Positions 34,808-44,503 of a DNA stretch of 64,000 bases are shown here, piece by piece. Position 1 is the first letter of the stretch. Each line of letters starts with the position of its first letter. Under the pieces are notes generated by a model. The model searched no databases. It was not told the origin of the DNA and saw only the letters and a program-made list of their open reading frames with translations. The translations under genes and the position numbers were made by a program. This DNA is from Escherichia coli (GTDB taxonomy: Bacteria > Pseudomonadota > Gammaproteobacteria > Enterobacterales > Enterobacteriaceae): NCBI RefSeq assembly GCF_003991155.1, contig NZ_CP031293.1. One strand, written 5' to 3'.

Positions 34808-34959
34808 AACCGACTCCTGGTGCGGACATTAACTTTATAATCAGTTTGCCAAAGGTAATTAACAGGACAGGGCTTATAATAATAATTAGCTGGCTGTGTA
34901 TTAATTTGATGTAATGCATGATGCAGATGCTGAGAAAGCATCTGCATCTTTCGGTGGTG

Positions 34960-35526
34960 TTATTTGACCAGCTCAGGTGTTACCTGACTCACCGCGTTGG
35001 TGTAGTAAGGCGCACCCCAGCCCGGTTCCGGCCAGAATGCACCATAGCCGTAATCCCACAGGTTATAGGTGGTATTAACCACTTCTCTCAAATGCCACAC
35101 CTGGATGCCCTGCATATTCACTTCGAGGAAGTTATACGGGACTTTATTGATAAAGCCAGGTTGTTCACCCTGAATGGTACCGAGGATGGTAACAAAGTGA
35201 TTACGATAGTTCACTGGATCAAGGAAGCCGCTTTGTCTGGCGAGCAGTCGGCCCTGATAGTTGGCTTCAATATCAGGCTTCGCATAGCTATCCAACGGTA
35301 ATACAGCGATTTCTAACAACGTATCCGTTTTGCCATTGATAACGTTGATAACCTTCCCACCAAAGCGCGCTTGTTGGCCAACATATAACCCCGGCTGGTT
35401 ATGAACAGCAACAAAACTTTTTTGAATATCAGGTTGGTTATTGCCTTTGATATTTTGCGGAATTGAACTACATGCGGCAAGCAAAAATGAAAGGCTGAGG
35501 ATGAGTGCACCTTTTGTCATGTTCAT
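34960..35526 (-). CDS. slp: Outer membrane lipoprotein Slp (starvation lipoprotein)
   Basis: ORF 34960..35745; 188-aa protein from MNMTKGALILSLSFLLAACSS (lipobox LAAC). Confidence 0.9.
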   Translation of the reverse strand: MNMTKGALILSLSFLLAACSSIPQNIKGNNQPDIQKSFVAVHNQPGLYVGQQARFGGKVINVINGKTDTLLEIAVLPLDSYAKPDIEANYQGRLLARQSGFLDPVNYRNHFVTILGTIQGEQPGFINKVPYNFLEVNMQGIQVWHLREVVNTTYNLWDYGYGAFWPEPGWGAPYYTNAVSQVTPELVK

Positions 35527-35771
35527 GTTACTATCCTTATCAACAAATATTAAAACCATAATAGATATTTCTTTATAGTTTTCATCTGATTCTGAGGCGA
35601 TATGCCTGATAGTAACGTAAACCTGTCTGATGTTTATATCCCTTCTGTTTAGTTTAATTCTGTTAATTTTGGGGCGTGACATGAGTATCCATCGCCCCAT
35701 AAAATAGCCTTTTTTTAAAGGTGCATAAAATCTATTTTTATTCAATGATTATAAAGTGCTAATGTTCAATA

Positions 35772-36995
35772 TTATGGGATTATATTCTGGTAATGATTTG
35801 ATAAGCGAATTCTTTTGCCAGTTGGTGTTTCTATTTCCACCCCATAATTTATAGTTTTTTCATCAGGTAGCGATCTCTTTAAATAAGGTGCGTATGACAT
35901 TTTTTTAGGATGAAACGTATCGTGTTGAAATATTTCGAATTGATATTCAGACATTTGTGACCATTTTTTAATTCTATTGTATCGAGAGGGTGTTGTAAAA
36001 TTTTTAACTTGCTTGTAACATTCTTTTTGGAATTCTTTCTGATATTTTATTATGTCGTTGTATGAAAGATTGTTTACCCTGGTCTCTAATAATTCTATTA
36101 TTGTCGAAGCAATTTCCGCTTTTGCTCTTAAAGAGTTGTCATTAATGGTTAATAATGTTGAAAATAAACCATTGATTTGTTTGTCAACATATTGTTCATC
36201 TTTATGTAAATTTGTGATGGGGTTTTCCTTATGTGAAAAAATAGTATCAAATAAATTTGCGTCAGTGAAGTTTACATTAAGTAGATCTTCGAAATAAAAC
36301 CTTGACAAGGTTAGAACGAACCCGGACAGGTCCTGTCCTGTCATATTGAAATCAATAAAGTTGGTTCCAGCAAAGACTTTCATCCTGTTTTCATTTTCAC
36401 TGTGCTCAATATACAACCTTGTCATTTTTTGGTACAAGCTTTGAATATCTTTTATATCAGTTGGTAAATCAGTTCGTTGCCCAGAAAAATTTTTATTTTC
36501 GGAAGAAACGGTTTGGACACTGAATCTTACTGGTATTCCCTCTTCTACGAGAATTTTAGTTATGATTGGCTTATTGGGCTTAGGATTAAAGACAACAATG
36601 ATTTTAGATTCAGAGTTTTTATTCTTTTCGTATCTAATGTTATTAATCTGATTAAGTATTGATTGTGTCTGTTGCGTAAGTGGTGTCGAACTTATCGTTT
36701 CAATGTTATTAATAAGTTTTACAAGTTGAGCCACAACTTTTGAGTAGTCTGCATTTGTATATGTGGTGTTCGTGTGGCACGCATTAATTTGTTGGAGTTG
36801 TTGTTGCGCTAAATCAAATTGTTCAGCGTTATATCCTTCTTCAGACAATGAAAAATTAATGGGTTGCTGTTCTTCCTGATTATCACAAGGCCACATCGGT
36901 GTGTCTGGTGTTTTAACATTGTCGGTATCTGTTGTGCGGTTATAAATATCGCCGTGATATGTATTTATCATACCTGGGGTAAAGTCAATTGACAT
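35772..36995 (-). CDS. yhiS: Uncharacterised protein YhiS, full length (pentapeptide-repeat-like segment)
   Basis: 407-aa AT-rich ORF next to slp as in K-12 synteny; hydrophobic F/L at 5-residue period in [46 protein letters not shown]. Confidence 0.7.
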   Translation of the reverse strand: MSIDFTPGMINTYHGDIYNRTTDTDNVKTPDTPMWPCDNQEEQQPINFSLSEEGYNAEQFDLAQQQLQQINACHTNTTYTNADYSKVVAQLVKLINNIETISSTPLTQQTQSILNQINNIRYEKNKNSESKIIVVFNPKPNKPIITKILVEEGIPVRFSVQTVSSENKNFSGQRTDLPTDIKDIQSLYQKMTRLYIEHSENENRMKVFAGTNFIDFNMTGQDLSGFVLTLSRFYFEDLLNVNFTDANLFDTIFSHKENPITNLHKDEQYVDKQINGLFSTLLTINDNSLRAKAEIASTIIELLETRVNNLSYNDIIKYQKEFQKECYKQVKNFTTPSRYNRIKKWSQMSEYQFEIFQHDTFHPKKMSYAPYLKRSLPDEKTINYGVEIETPTGKRIRLSNHYQNIIP

Positions 36996-37573
36996 AACAT
37001 TCCTTATTGTTCATCTATTTCGCTAAATTTTTGTAAATCGAAGAATTAGAGCAGGAATGGATTTTTTCTACGCGGAAATAAACACAATGCGTCATATCTT
37101 CCTGATATAATTACCTTTAACTTCCCTTTCATTTCCACCCGATAATATTTGTGTATAAAAAAGGGCAGTGATAGTATCGTAAAGGAAAACGTTAACAACT
37201 ATCAAAAAGCGCTCATTTTAAAAAGTTATGATGTTCTCCGATAGTGTGTGAAGTGATATTTTCGTGATGTTTTAGATGTGTAATAATGAACCAGGTTAAA
37301 GTGTATTTAAAAATGTGTTGTATTGGCGACTGAAATCTGCCCTTTAAAAGGGGGGATAGCACTGAGACAAAGAGGCATTGCTTCTCCGATACAATGTCAG
37401 AGAAGCATGATTGCGTGGTGATTGTCGATTGATGACTTACTGACGGATCCGTCATCATTCTCAAAGCATTAGTTAAGTTATTTGTGATTTTTAAGGATTA
37501 TCCTATCTATGATTTTCTACTCAGAAGGATAAGGCACTCACAATGCTCCTTATAGTTTACTGCTGGCATCTAT

Positions 37574-38587
37574 TTAAAATAGCATTTGAGTCAAGTAGCC
37601 CATCAAGATAGCCATACCTAAGATAACCGTCAGGAATGCAACTATCATCGGTATTCTGAACATTGATTTAAGTAATATCACTTCCGTCAGGCTTGCGCCG
37701 GCACTGCCGATGATTAATGCCATTAATGCTCCCAGACCCATTCCTTTTGTCATCAGAACAGATGCCAGAGGGATAACCGCCTCTGCCCGGATATATAGCG
37801 GAATACCGACAACGGCGCTCAATGGGATGGCGAAGGGATTATCTGCCCCTGCATGAGCGGCAATCCACTCTGAGGGAATAAAGCCATAAATAAAAGAGCC
37901 TATTAATACCCCTAACAAAAGATATGGCAGTACATCTTTAAACTGTTGCAACGCATCTTTGGTGGCTAGTTTTATGGGATTAATACTTACCACAGCTTTG
38001 GTACTGCAACAGTTTACTACAGGTTTCTCAATGGCTTTAGCCGCTGGACTACAGCAACTCACTTTTATTGGCGTATATGTCGTCCCCGGCGAAGTTTTGG
38101 CTTGAGCACAACAATTTGCTGATGAGCTTTTACTGGCAATGATATGACGTTCAAATCCCAGGGAATCCAGGATAATACTGGCAAGTACGGAGACGCCGGC
38201 GGCGATAATCGCGTACAACAAGGTAACTTTCCAGCCAAAGGTCACCCACATTAACCCGACGATAATGGGATTAAGTAATGGGGAAACAAATAAAAAAGTG
38301 AGGGTCGGACCAAACCCGGCTTTCGCTGATAACAATCCACGTAACATGGGGATTGTCGAGCAACTACAGAACGGGGTAACGGCTCCCAACAGAGCAGCCA
38401 GGAGATAACCTCTCCCTTTTCTGGCCCCCATTATCTGCTGGATTTTATGGTCTGGCACCTTTTGTCTTATCAGGCTCACACCGGCACTAATCACTATAAA
38501 CAGCAAAGAAAGCTCGACGGCGAGAAACACAAACATTTCTGCGGCATCTTGCAGCATCGCAAGCCAACTACTCATACGTAACCTCAT
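37574..38587 (-). CDS. ArsP-like (DUF318-type) permease with TPFCSCS motif and triple Cys-Cys loop
   Basis: 337-aa multi-TM ORF; conserved TPFCSCSTIP motif characteristic of ArsP organoarsenical efflux permeases; central loop ...ANCCAQ...VSCCSP...VNCCST... Confidence 0.7.
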   Translation of the reverse strand: MRLRMSSWLAMLQDAAEMFVFLAVELSLLFIVISAGVSLIRQKVPDHKIQQIMGARKGRGYLLAALLGAVTPFCSCSTIPMLRGLLSAKAGFGPTLTFLFVSPLLNPIIVGLMWVTFGWKVTLLYAIIAAGVSVLASIILDSLGFERHIIASKSSSANCCAQAKTSPGTTYTPIKVSCCSPAAKAIEKPVVNCCSTKAVVSINPIKLATKDALQQFKDVLPYLLLGVLIGSFIYGFIPSEWIAAHAGADNPFAIPLSAVVGIPLYIRAEAVIPLASVLMTKGMGLGALMALIIGSAGASLTEVILLKSMFRIPMIVAFLTVILGMAILMGYLTQMLF

Positions 38588-38682
38588 TGAATAAATCTAT
38601 ATTTCCAGAATAATCGAAATAAAATTCAGATCAAGATATTTCTGGTATTATCGAAATATCAACCAGACAAAGGGGGTGTCAT

Positions 38683-39003
38683 ATGCAGTTGGAAGAAGTT
38701 GCTAAAGCGCTGAAAGAGCTAGGTCACCCGACCCGTTTGTTCATATTCAAACACCTGGTCAAAGCGGGGGAACTAGGTTTGCCGGTCGGTGAGTTGCAAA
38801 AGCAGCTTGGGATACCTGGCTCCACACTCAGCCACCATATCTCAGCACTGGTATCGGTAGGACTGGTCAAACAAAACCGTGAGAGTCGGACGCTGATGTG
38901 TGTTTCGCAATATGCAATGCTGGAAGCGATAATTGAATTCTTACGCGAGGAGTGCTGCGTAAATAGCAAAACACATGGCGAAGGGGCCACGAAGAACAAA
39001 TAA
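38683..39003 (+). CDS. ArsR/SmtB-family metalloregulator with C-terminal cysteine cluster
   Basis: 106-aa ORF with winged-HTH segment (LGHPTRLFIFKHLVKAGELGLPVGELQKQLGIPGSTLSHHISALVSVGLV) and C-terminal ...MCVS...EECCVNSK; divergent from the permease gene. Confidence 0.7.
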   Translation: MQLEEVAKALKELGHPTRLFIFKHLVKAGELGLPVGELQKQLGIPGSTLSHHISALVSVGLVKQNRESRTLMCVSQYAMLEAIIEFLREECCVNSKTHGEGATKNK

Positions 39004-39023
39004 GGGGGCATATCCCCCTTTAG

Positions 39024-39449
39024 CTATTTCAGGCGCTTACCCGCCTCATCAACCACTTTCTCGCCATCTTCCTTGGTGAACGCGCGTTGTTGCGCATCTG
39101 GCAGAATTTCCAGCACCACTTCTGAAGGGCGGCACAGGCGAGTTCCCAGCGGCGTCACCACAATCGGGCGATTAATCAGAATCGGGTGCTGAAGCATAAA
39201 GTCGATTAACCGATCGTCAGTAAATTTATCTTCTGCAAGGCCTAGTTCCTCATACGGCTCGACGTTTTTACGCAGCAGCGCGCGTACGGAAATCCCCATA
39301 TCGGCAATGAGTTTGACCAGCTCATCGCGCGTTGGCGGTGTTTCCAGATAATAGATAATGGTCGGTTCTGTACCGCTGTTGCGGATCATCTCCAGCGTAT
39401 TACGCGACGTACCGCAGGCCGGGTTGTGATAAATGGTAATGTTGCTCAT
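39024..39449 (-). CDS. arsC: Arsenate reductase ArsC (glutaredoxin-coupled)
   Basis: 141-aa ORF MSNITIYHNPACGTSRNTLEMIRNSGTEPTIIYYLETPP... Confidence 0.95.
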   Translation of the reverse strand: MSNITIYHNPACGTSRNTLEMIRNSGTEPTIIYYLETPPTRDELVKLIADMGISVRALLRKNVEPYEELGLAEDKFTDDRLIDFMLQHPILINRPIVVTPLGTRLCRPSEVVLEILPDAQQRAFTKEDGEKVVDEAGKRLK

Positions 39450-39461
39450 ATCAATATCTCA

Positions 39462-40751
39462 TTACAAAGTGAAAGAGAGACGTAGCGCCAGCACAGCCAG
39501 CGTCACAAAAAGCACCGGCAGGGTCATGATAATCCCTGTACGGAAGTAATATCCCCAGCTGATAGTCATATTCTTCTGCGAAAGTACGTGCAGCCAGAGC
39601 AGCGTTGCCAGGCTACCAATCGGTGTAATTTTCGGCCCCAAATCGCAGCCAATCACGTTGGCATAAACCATCGCCTCTTTGATGACACCAGACGCCGTGC
39701 TGCCATCAATGGACAACGCGCCAACCAGTACCGTCGGCATATTGTTCATAATAGAAGAGAGGAAGGCGGTGAGGAATCCGGTGCCGAGCGTCGCCGCCCA
39801 CAGGCCGTTATCCGCCAGCACGTTGAGTACGCCAGAAAGATATTCCGTTAATCCGGCATTGCGCAGGCCATAAACCACCAGATACATGCCGAGCGAGAAG
39901 ATGACAATCTGCCAGGGCGCACCGCGCAGCACCTTACCCGTATTAATCGCATGACCGCGTTTAGCGACGACAAATAATATCAGCGCGCCCACTGCCGCAA
40001 TGGCGCTTACCGGAATGCCGAGCGGTTCCAGGACGAAAAATCCCACCAGCAGAAGCAGTAAAACAACCCCGCCAGTTTTGAAGGTGGCAGGATCTTTAAC
40101 CGCTTCTGCGGGAGATTTTAGCAGCGCCATGTCGTAGTTCTGCGGAATATCTTTGCGGAAATAGAGATGCAACATCACCAGGGTAGCCAGTATTGCAGCG
40201 ATATCCACCGGCACCATCACCGAGGCGTATTCGCGAAAGCCGAGGTCAAAGAAATCTGCCGAAACGATATTCACCAGATTGGAGACAATAAGCGGCAGGC
40301 TGGCGGTATCGGCAATGAATCCGGCCGCCATAACAAACGCCAGCGTAGTGCCTTTGTTGAACCCTAAAGCCAGCAGCATGGCGATGACAATCGGTGTCAA
40401 AATAAGCGCCGCGCCATCATTGGCAAACAGAGCTGCAACGGCAGCACCGAGCAGGACAATCCAGGTAAACAGCAAGCGACCGCGCCCATTGCCCCAGCGT
40501 GAGACGTGCAGCGCCGCCCATTCAAAAAAGCCGGACTCATCCAGCAGCAAGCTGATGATAATGACGGCTATAAACGCCGCCGTCGCGTTCCAGACGATAT
40601 TCCACACCACCGGAATATCGCCCGGATGGACCACGCCAGTAACTAACGCCAGTACGGCGCCCAGTGTCGCACTCCAGCCGATGCCTAAACCTTTCGGCTG
40701 CCAGATAACCAATACGATGGTCAGGACAAAGATAGCGCCCGCCAGTAACAT
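39462..40751 (-). CDS. arsB: Arsenite/antimonite efflux pump ArsB
   Basis: ORF 39462..40772; 429-aa protein from [26 protein letters not shown]... Confidence 0.93.
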   Translation of the reverse strand: MLLAGAIFVLTIVLVIWQPKGLGIGWSATLGAVLALVTGVVHPGDIPVVWNIVWNATAAFIAVIIISLLLDESGFFEWAALHVSRWGNGRGRLLFTWIVLLGAAVAALFANDGAALILTPIVIAMLLALGFNKGTTLAFVMAAGFIADTASLPLIVSNLVNIVSADFFDLGFREYASVMVPVDIAAILATLVMLHLYFRKDIPQNYDMALLKSPAEAVKDPATFKTGGVVLLLLLVGFFVLEPLGIPVSAIAAVGALILFVVAKRGHAINTGKVLRGAPWQIVIFSLGMYLVVYGLRNAGLTEYLSGVLNVLADNGLWAATLGTGFLTAFLSSIMNNMPTVLVGALSIDGSTASGVIKEAMVYANVIGCDLGPKITPIGSLATLLWLHVLSQKNMTISWGYYFRTGIIMTLPVLFVTLAVLALRLSFTL

Positions 40752-40805
40752 CATGCCTCCTTGATAAAACACATTCGAATATTCATATGTGTTTAGATAA
40801 ATTTT

Positions 40806-41159
40806 TTAACTACAAATATTCTTACTGTCTGCGGAACAATTTTGTCTGGCGAGGTTACGGACAATCACCTGAACCTTTTCCTGTTCGCATCGCCAGGCCT
40901 GCTCAATAATTTTCGCCGCCCATGCTGGAATATGCGGCGATAAACGGTAATGAACCCACTTTCCTTGCTTGCGGTCCAGCAATAGCCCACTTTCACGCAG
41001 TAATGCCAGATGGCGGGAGATCTTGGGCTGCGACTGATCGAGGGCAGTGCACAGATCGCAGACGCATAACTCTCCCAGCTCGCTGAGCAGTAAAACGATG
41101 CCCAAACGGGTTTCATCGGCAAGAATTTTGAAGAGTTGGATGGGTAACAGAAATGACAT
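40806..41159 (-). CDS. arsR: Arsenical resistance operon repressor ArsR
   Basis: 117-aa ORF with metal-binding ELCVCDLC motif in the HTH. Confidence 0.95.
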   Translation of the reverse strand: MSFLLPIQLFKILADETRLGIVLLLSELGELCVCDLCTALDQSQPKISRHLALLRESGLLLDRKQGKWVHYRLSPHIPAWAAKIIEQAWRCEQEKVQVIVRNLARQNCSADSKNICS

Positions 41160-41308
41160 ATTGCGCTCCTGATTGTTGCACTTAGTGTCTCTCTTCGAAG
41201 CGGATAAGTCAAAAACATATATGGTTTAACGAATGCGTATGTGCAGAGGAAGGTAATAGATGTGAGTTAAGAGTTGGGTATTTATTGGAAAAGACCTGAA
41301 TCAGGACG

Positions 41309-41400
41309 TAAAAAAACCGACTTTGTGTCGGTTTTTTACTTTCCAGCCCTGAGTTGGTGGCTCTGGCTGGGGTGAGAGAGCTCTTATCTAACGGTTCAAT
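41309..41400 (-). ncRNA. agrA: Candidate AgrA antisense sRNA (repeat unit of dinQ locus) with terminator
   Basis: Direct repeat related to dinQ 5' region (ctggctggGgtgagaGAgc..tatctaac) bounded by hairpin aaaaaaccgactttgtgtcggtttttt; exact ends not determinable from sequence. Confidence 0.45.
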
Positions 41401-41539
41401 ACTATTAGCCAGTGGCTAACATTGCAAGAATTAGCGATTTCTTCAGCTGGCGGAGGGGGCACTTCGGTATATATCGCAGTGACGATTTATATACTTTCAC
41501 TGGGTCATCGTCATATTAAGCCTTGTCCGAATCCGGATG

Positions 41540-41630
41540 TAAAAAAACCGACTTTGCGTCGGTTTTTTTACTTTCCAGCCCTGAGTTGGTGGCTCTGGCT
41601 GGAGTGAGAATGCCATCATCTAACGCATCA
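41540..41630 (-). ncRNA. agrB: Candidate AgrB antisense sRNA (repressor of dinQ) with terminator
   Basis: Second repeat copy, closer match to dinQ leader (ctggctggagtgagaatgccatcatctaac), with hairpin aaaaaaaccgactttgcgtcggttttttt. Confidence 0.5.
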
Positions 41631-41897
41631 ATGCTAATACCATACTGAAACTATTGCAAGGACATGCTGGTTTTATAACCTGAATATACTGTATGATTAT
41701 CCAGTTAGCTCTGAGGCATTTTCACTCTGGCAATGCGCATAAACGCTTTCAAAGTCCTGATCAGTGGTACGGGTGGTGCCGTTAACTGATGCTCTGGCCG
41801 GAGTGAGAATGCCATTATCTAACAATAGGGCATGCGCCGTGACAGGCAATGGATGAGTAAGCGGATGCATTCTCACTCCATCGTATGGAGAACACGG

Positions 41898-41981
41898 GTG
41901 ATTGATAAAGCAATCATCGTTCTTGGGGCGTTAATTGCGCTGCTGGAACTGATCCGCTTTCTGCTTCAGCTTCTGAACTGA
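41898..41981 (+). CDS. dinQ: Type I toxin DinQ (27-aa membrane peptide)
   Basis: GTG-initiated ORF encoding (M)IDKAIIVLGALIALLELIRFLLQLLN; convergent with gor. Confidence 0.8.
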   Translation: MIDKAIIVLGALIALLELIRFLLQLLN

Positions 41982-42034
41982 TAGCGGAAACGTAGCTAAG
42001 GGCTAAGAGCACACTACTCTTAGCCCTTTAACAT

Positions 42035-43387
42035 TTAACGCATGGTCACGAACTCTTCTGCCGCCGTCGGGTGAATGGCGACGGTATTATCGAAGTCTTT
42101 TTTGGTTGCGCCCATCTTCAGTGCCACCGCGAAGCCCTGCAACATTTCGTCCATACCAAAACCAATGCCGTGAATTCCGACAATCTTCTCTTCCGGTCCA
42201 ACGCATACCAGTTTCATGCGGCACGGCTGGCGGTGAGTGGTGACGGCGGTATACATCGCGGTGAAAGAGGATTTATACACTTTCACCTGATCGTCGCCGT
42301 ACTGCTCGCGTGCCTGCGGTTCCGTTAAACCAACAGTCCCAATCGGCGGATGGCTGAAGACCACGGTCGGAATGTTGCTGTAATCCAGATGCTCATCCGG
42401 CTTGTTATTAAACAGGCGTTCAGAGAGACGGCGACCCGCTGCAACTGCCACCGGTGTCAGTTCCACTGCACCCGTGTTATCGCCCACCGCGTAAATACCT
42501 TCAACGTTGGTATTTTGATATTTATCGACGACGATATAGCCTTTTTCGTTGGTTTTTACACCAGCGGCTTCCAGGTTGATGTTGTCATTGGCAGGCTCGC
42601 GACCAATCGCCCAAATCAGGCAATCCACCGTTTCACTGCGACCATCTTCCAGCTCCAGCGTCAGGCTGCCATCGGCATTTTTCACTACCGCTTTCGGGAT
42701 GGCGTTGGTGTGCAACTGCGGACCTTCGGCGTTCATCACTTCGACCAGAGTTTCAGAGATCATCGGGTCGAAGCTGCGCAGCGGCGCATGTTTACGAACA
42801 AACAGATGCGTTTTCGCGCCGAGGCCGTTAATCACGCCCGCCAGTTCCACGGCGATGTAACCCGCGCCAACAACCGCTACGCGCTCTGGCAAAGCAGGAA
42901 GGGCAAAGAAACCATCGGAATCAATACCGTATTCCACGCCTGGAATATCCGGGTGGCTCGGACGACCGCCGGTGGCGATCAGGACATGATCGGCCGTGAT
43001 GGTTTCACCGTTAACTTCCAGCGTTTTGGCATCAACGAAGCGGGCAAAGCCTTTGATTACATCAACGTTATTTTTACCGAGCACGTTTTCATAGGAGGTA
43101 TGAATACGGTCGATATAGGCGGTACGGCTGGCGATCAACGTTTCCCAGTTGAATTTATTGATAGTGGTATCGAAACCATAATCCGGACCGTACATGTGGA
43201 TCGCTTCACGGATTTGCGCCGCGTGCCACATTACTTTCTTCGGTACGCAGCCGACGTTCACGCAGGTGCCGCCCAGTTCTTTGGCTTCAATCAGCGCGCA
43301 TTTCTGACCGTACATAGCCGCGCGGTTGATGGAGGCGATACCGCCGCTGCCGCCGCCGATGGCGATGTAATCATAGTGTTTAGTCAT
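42035..43387 (-). CDS. gor: Glutathione reductase
   Basis: 450-aa [54 protein letters not shown] (redox-active CVNVGC). Confidence 0.96.
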   Translation of the reverse strand: MTKHYDYIAIGGGSGGIASINRAAMYGQKCALIEAKELGGTCVNVGCVPKKVMWHAAQIREAIHMYGPDYGFDTTINKFNWETLIASRTAYIDRIHTSYENVLGKNNVDVIKGFARFVDAKTLEVNGETITADHVLIATGGRPSHPDIPGVEYGIDSDGFFALPALPERVAVVGAGYIAVELAGVINGLGAKTHLFVRKHAPLRSFDPMISETLVEVMNAEGPQLHTNAIPKAVVKNADGSLTLELEDGRSETVDCLIWAIGREPANDNINLEAAGVKTNEKGYIVVDKYQNTNVEGIYAVGDNTGAVELTPVAVAAGRRLSERLFNNKPDEHLDYSNIPTVVFSHPPIGTVGLTEPQAREQYGDDQVKVYKSSFTAMYTAVTTHRQPCRMKLVCVGPEEKIVGIHGIGFGMDEMLQGFAVALKMGATKKDFDNTVAIHPTAAEEFVTMR

Positions 43388-43458
43388 GACATATTGTCCT
43401 TATCGTTGATTACCGCGATTGTAGCGCGAGACGTAATAGGTGCCAGCGATGGCTGCAA

Positions 43459-44301
43459 TTACTCCGGCACGATCCAGCTGACGGTAGCGTGACCAGTGCC
43501 TGCCGGAACCAGTTTGCTGTGCAGCCACGGCAGCACGTTATTCATCTGCTGTTCCAGCTTCCACGGTGGGTTAATCACAATCATGCCGGAAGCGGTCATG
43601 CCACGGCGATCGCTGTCTGGCAGCACCGCCAGTTCAATTTGCAGAATTTTGCGAATGCCGGTCGCTTCCAGGTCGTGGATCATGCGCTTAATTTGCTGAC
43701 GCAGCACCACTGGATACCACAGTGCATAAACGCCCGTGGCAAAACGTTTATACCCCTCGTTGATGCCGCTGACCACCGCCTGATAATCCGTTTTCATTTC
43801 ATACGGCGGGTCGATAAGGATTAAACCACGGCGGGAAACCGGCGGCAGTTTGGCCTTAAGCTGCTGGAAACCGTCGGCTTTTTCCACGCGCGCACGGTTG
43901 TCTTTCTGAAATTCAGAACGCAGCAACGGGTAATCGCTCGGGTGCAGTTCGGTCAGTTGCAGGCTGTCCTGTTCACGCAGTAACTGACGAGCAATCAACG
44001 GCGAACCGGGGTAATAACGCAACTGACCGCTACGGTTGAAGTGTTTTACCACATTGATGTACGGCTCCAGCTCCGCAGGCAAATCGTCCTGCTGCCAGAT
44101 ACGGGCGATACCTTCGAGATATTCGCCGGTACGCTCGGCATGTTCGCTGCCTAACTGATAACGCCCGGCCCCTGCGTGGGTATCGAGATAAAGAAACGGT
44201 TTATCTTTCTCTTTCAGCGACTCAATGATCAGGCTCTGAACGGTATGTTTAAGGACGTCGGCGTGGTTGCCAGCGTGAAAGCTATGGCGATAACTGAGCA
44301 T
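43459..44301 (-). CDS. rlmJ: 23S rRNA m6A2030 methyltransferase RlmJ (YhiR)
   Basis: ORF 43459..44352; 280-aa protein from MLSYRHSFHAGNHADVLKHTVQ... with DPPY motif. Confidence 0.9.
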   Translation of the reverse strand: MLSYRHSFHAGNHADVLKHTVQSLIIESLKEKDKPFLYLDTHAGAGRYQLGSEHAERTGEYLEGIARIWQQDDLPAELEPYINVVKHFNRSGQLRYYPGSPLIARQLLREQDSLQLTELHPSDYPLLRSEFQKDNRARVEKADGFQQLKAKLPPVSRRGLILIDPPYEMKTDYQAVVSGINEGYKRFATGVYALWYPVVLRQQIKRMIHDLEATGIRKILQIELAVLPDSDRRGMTASGMIVINPPWKLEQQMNNVLPWLHSKLVPAGTGHATVSWIVPE

Positions 44302-44503
44302 GGGTAAAGGTGTTCCGGTAAGTAAAAATCGGCCCGTATTCGGGGCGCACAAAAGCCTATCAGAACAGTATACCGAAAAGAGGCCGCCGCCGCGAAAGCG
44401 TAACGTTTCTCATTGAAATTCACTACACTTAACCCCATGCTACACACATTATGTAAAGCGCCTGTTGAGCGCTTCCTTAACCTCTTTAACCAGGACTGCG
44501 CTA

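Noticed and set aside
37213..37464. 83-aa minus-strand ORF between yhiS and the ArsP-like permease
   Set aside because: AT-rich intergenic promoter region for yhiS; no RBS or domain signature.
42350..43492. 380-aa plus-strand ORF
   Set aside because: Lies entirely antisense to the well-supported gor gene (glutathione reductase); a long open frame on the opposite strand of a GC-rich gene, with no recognisable motifs.
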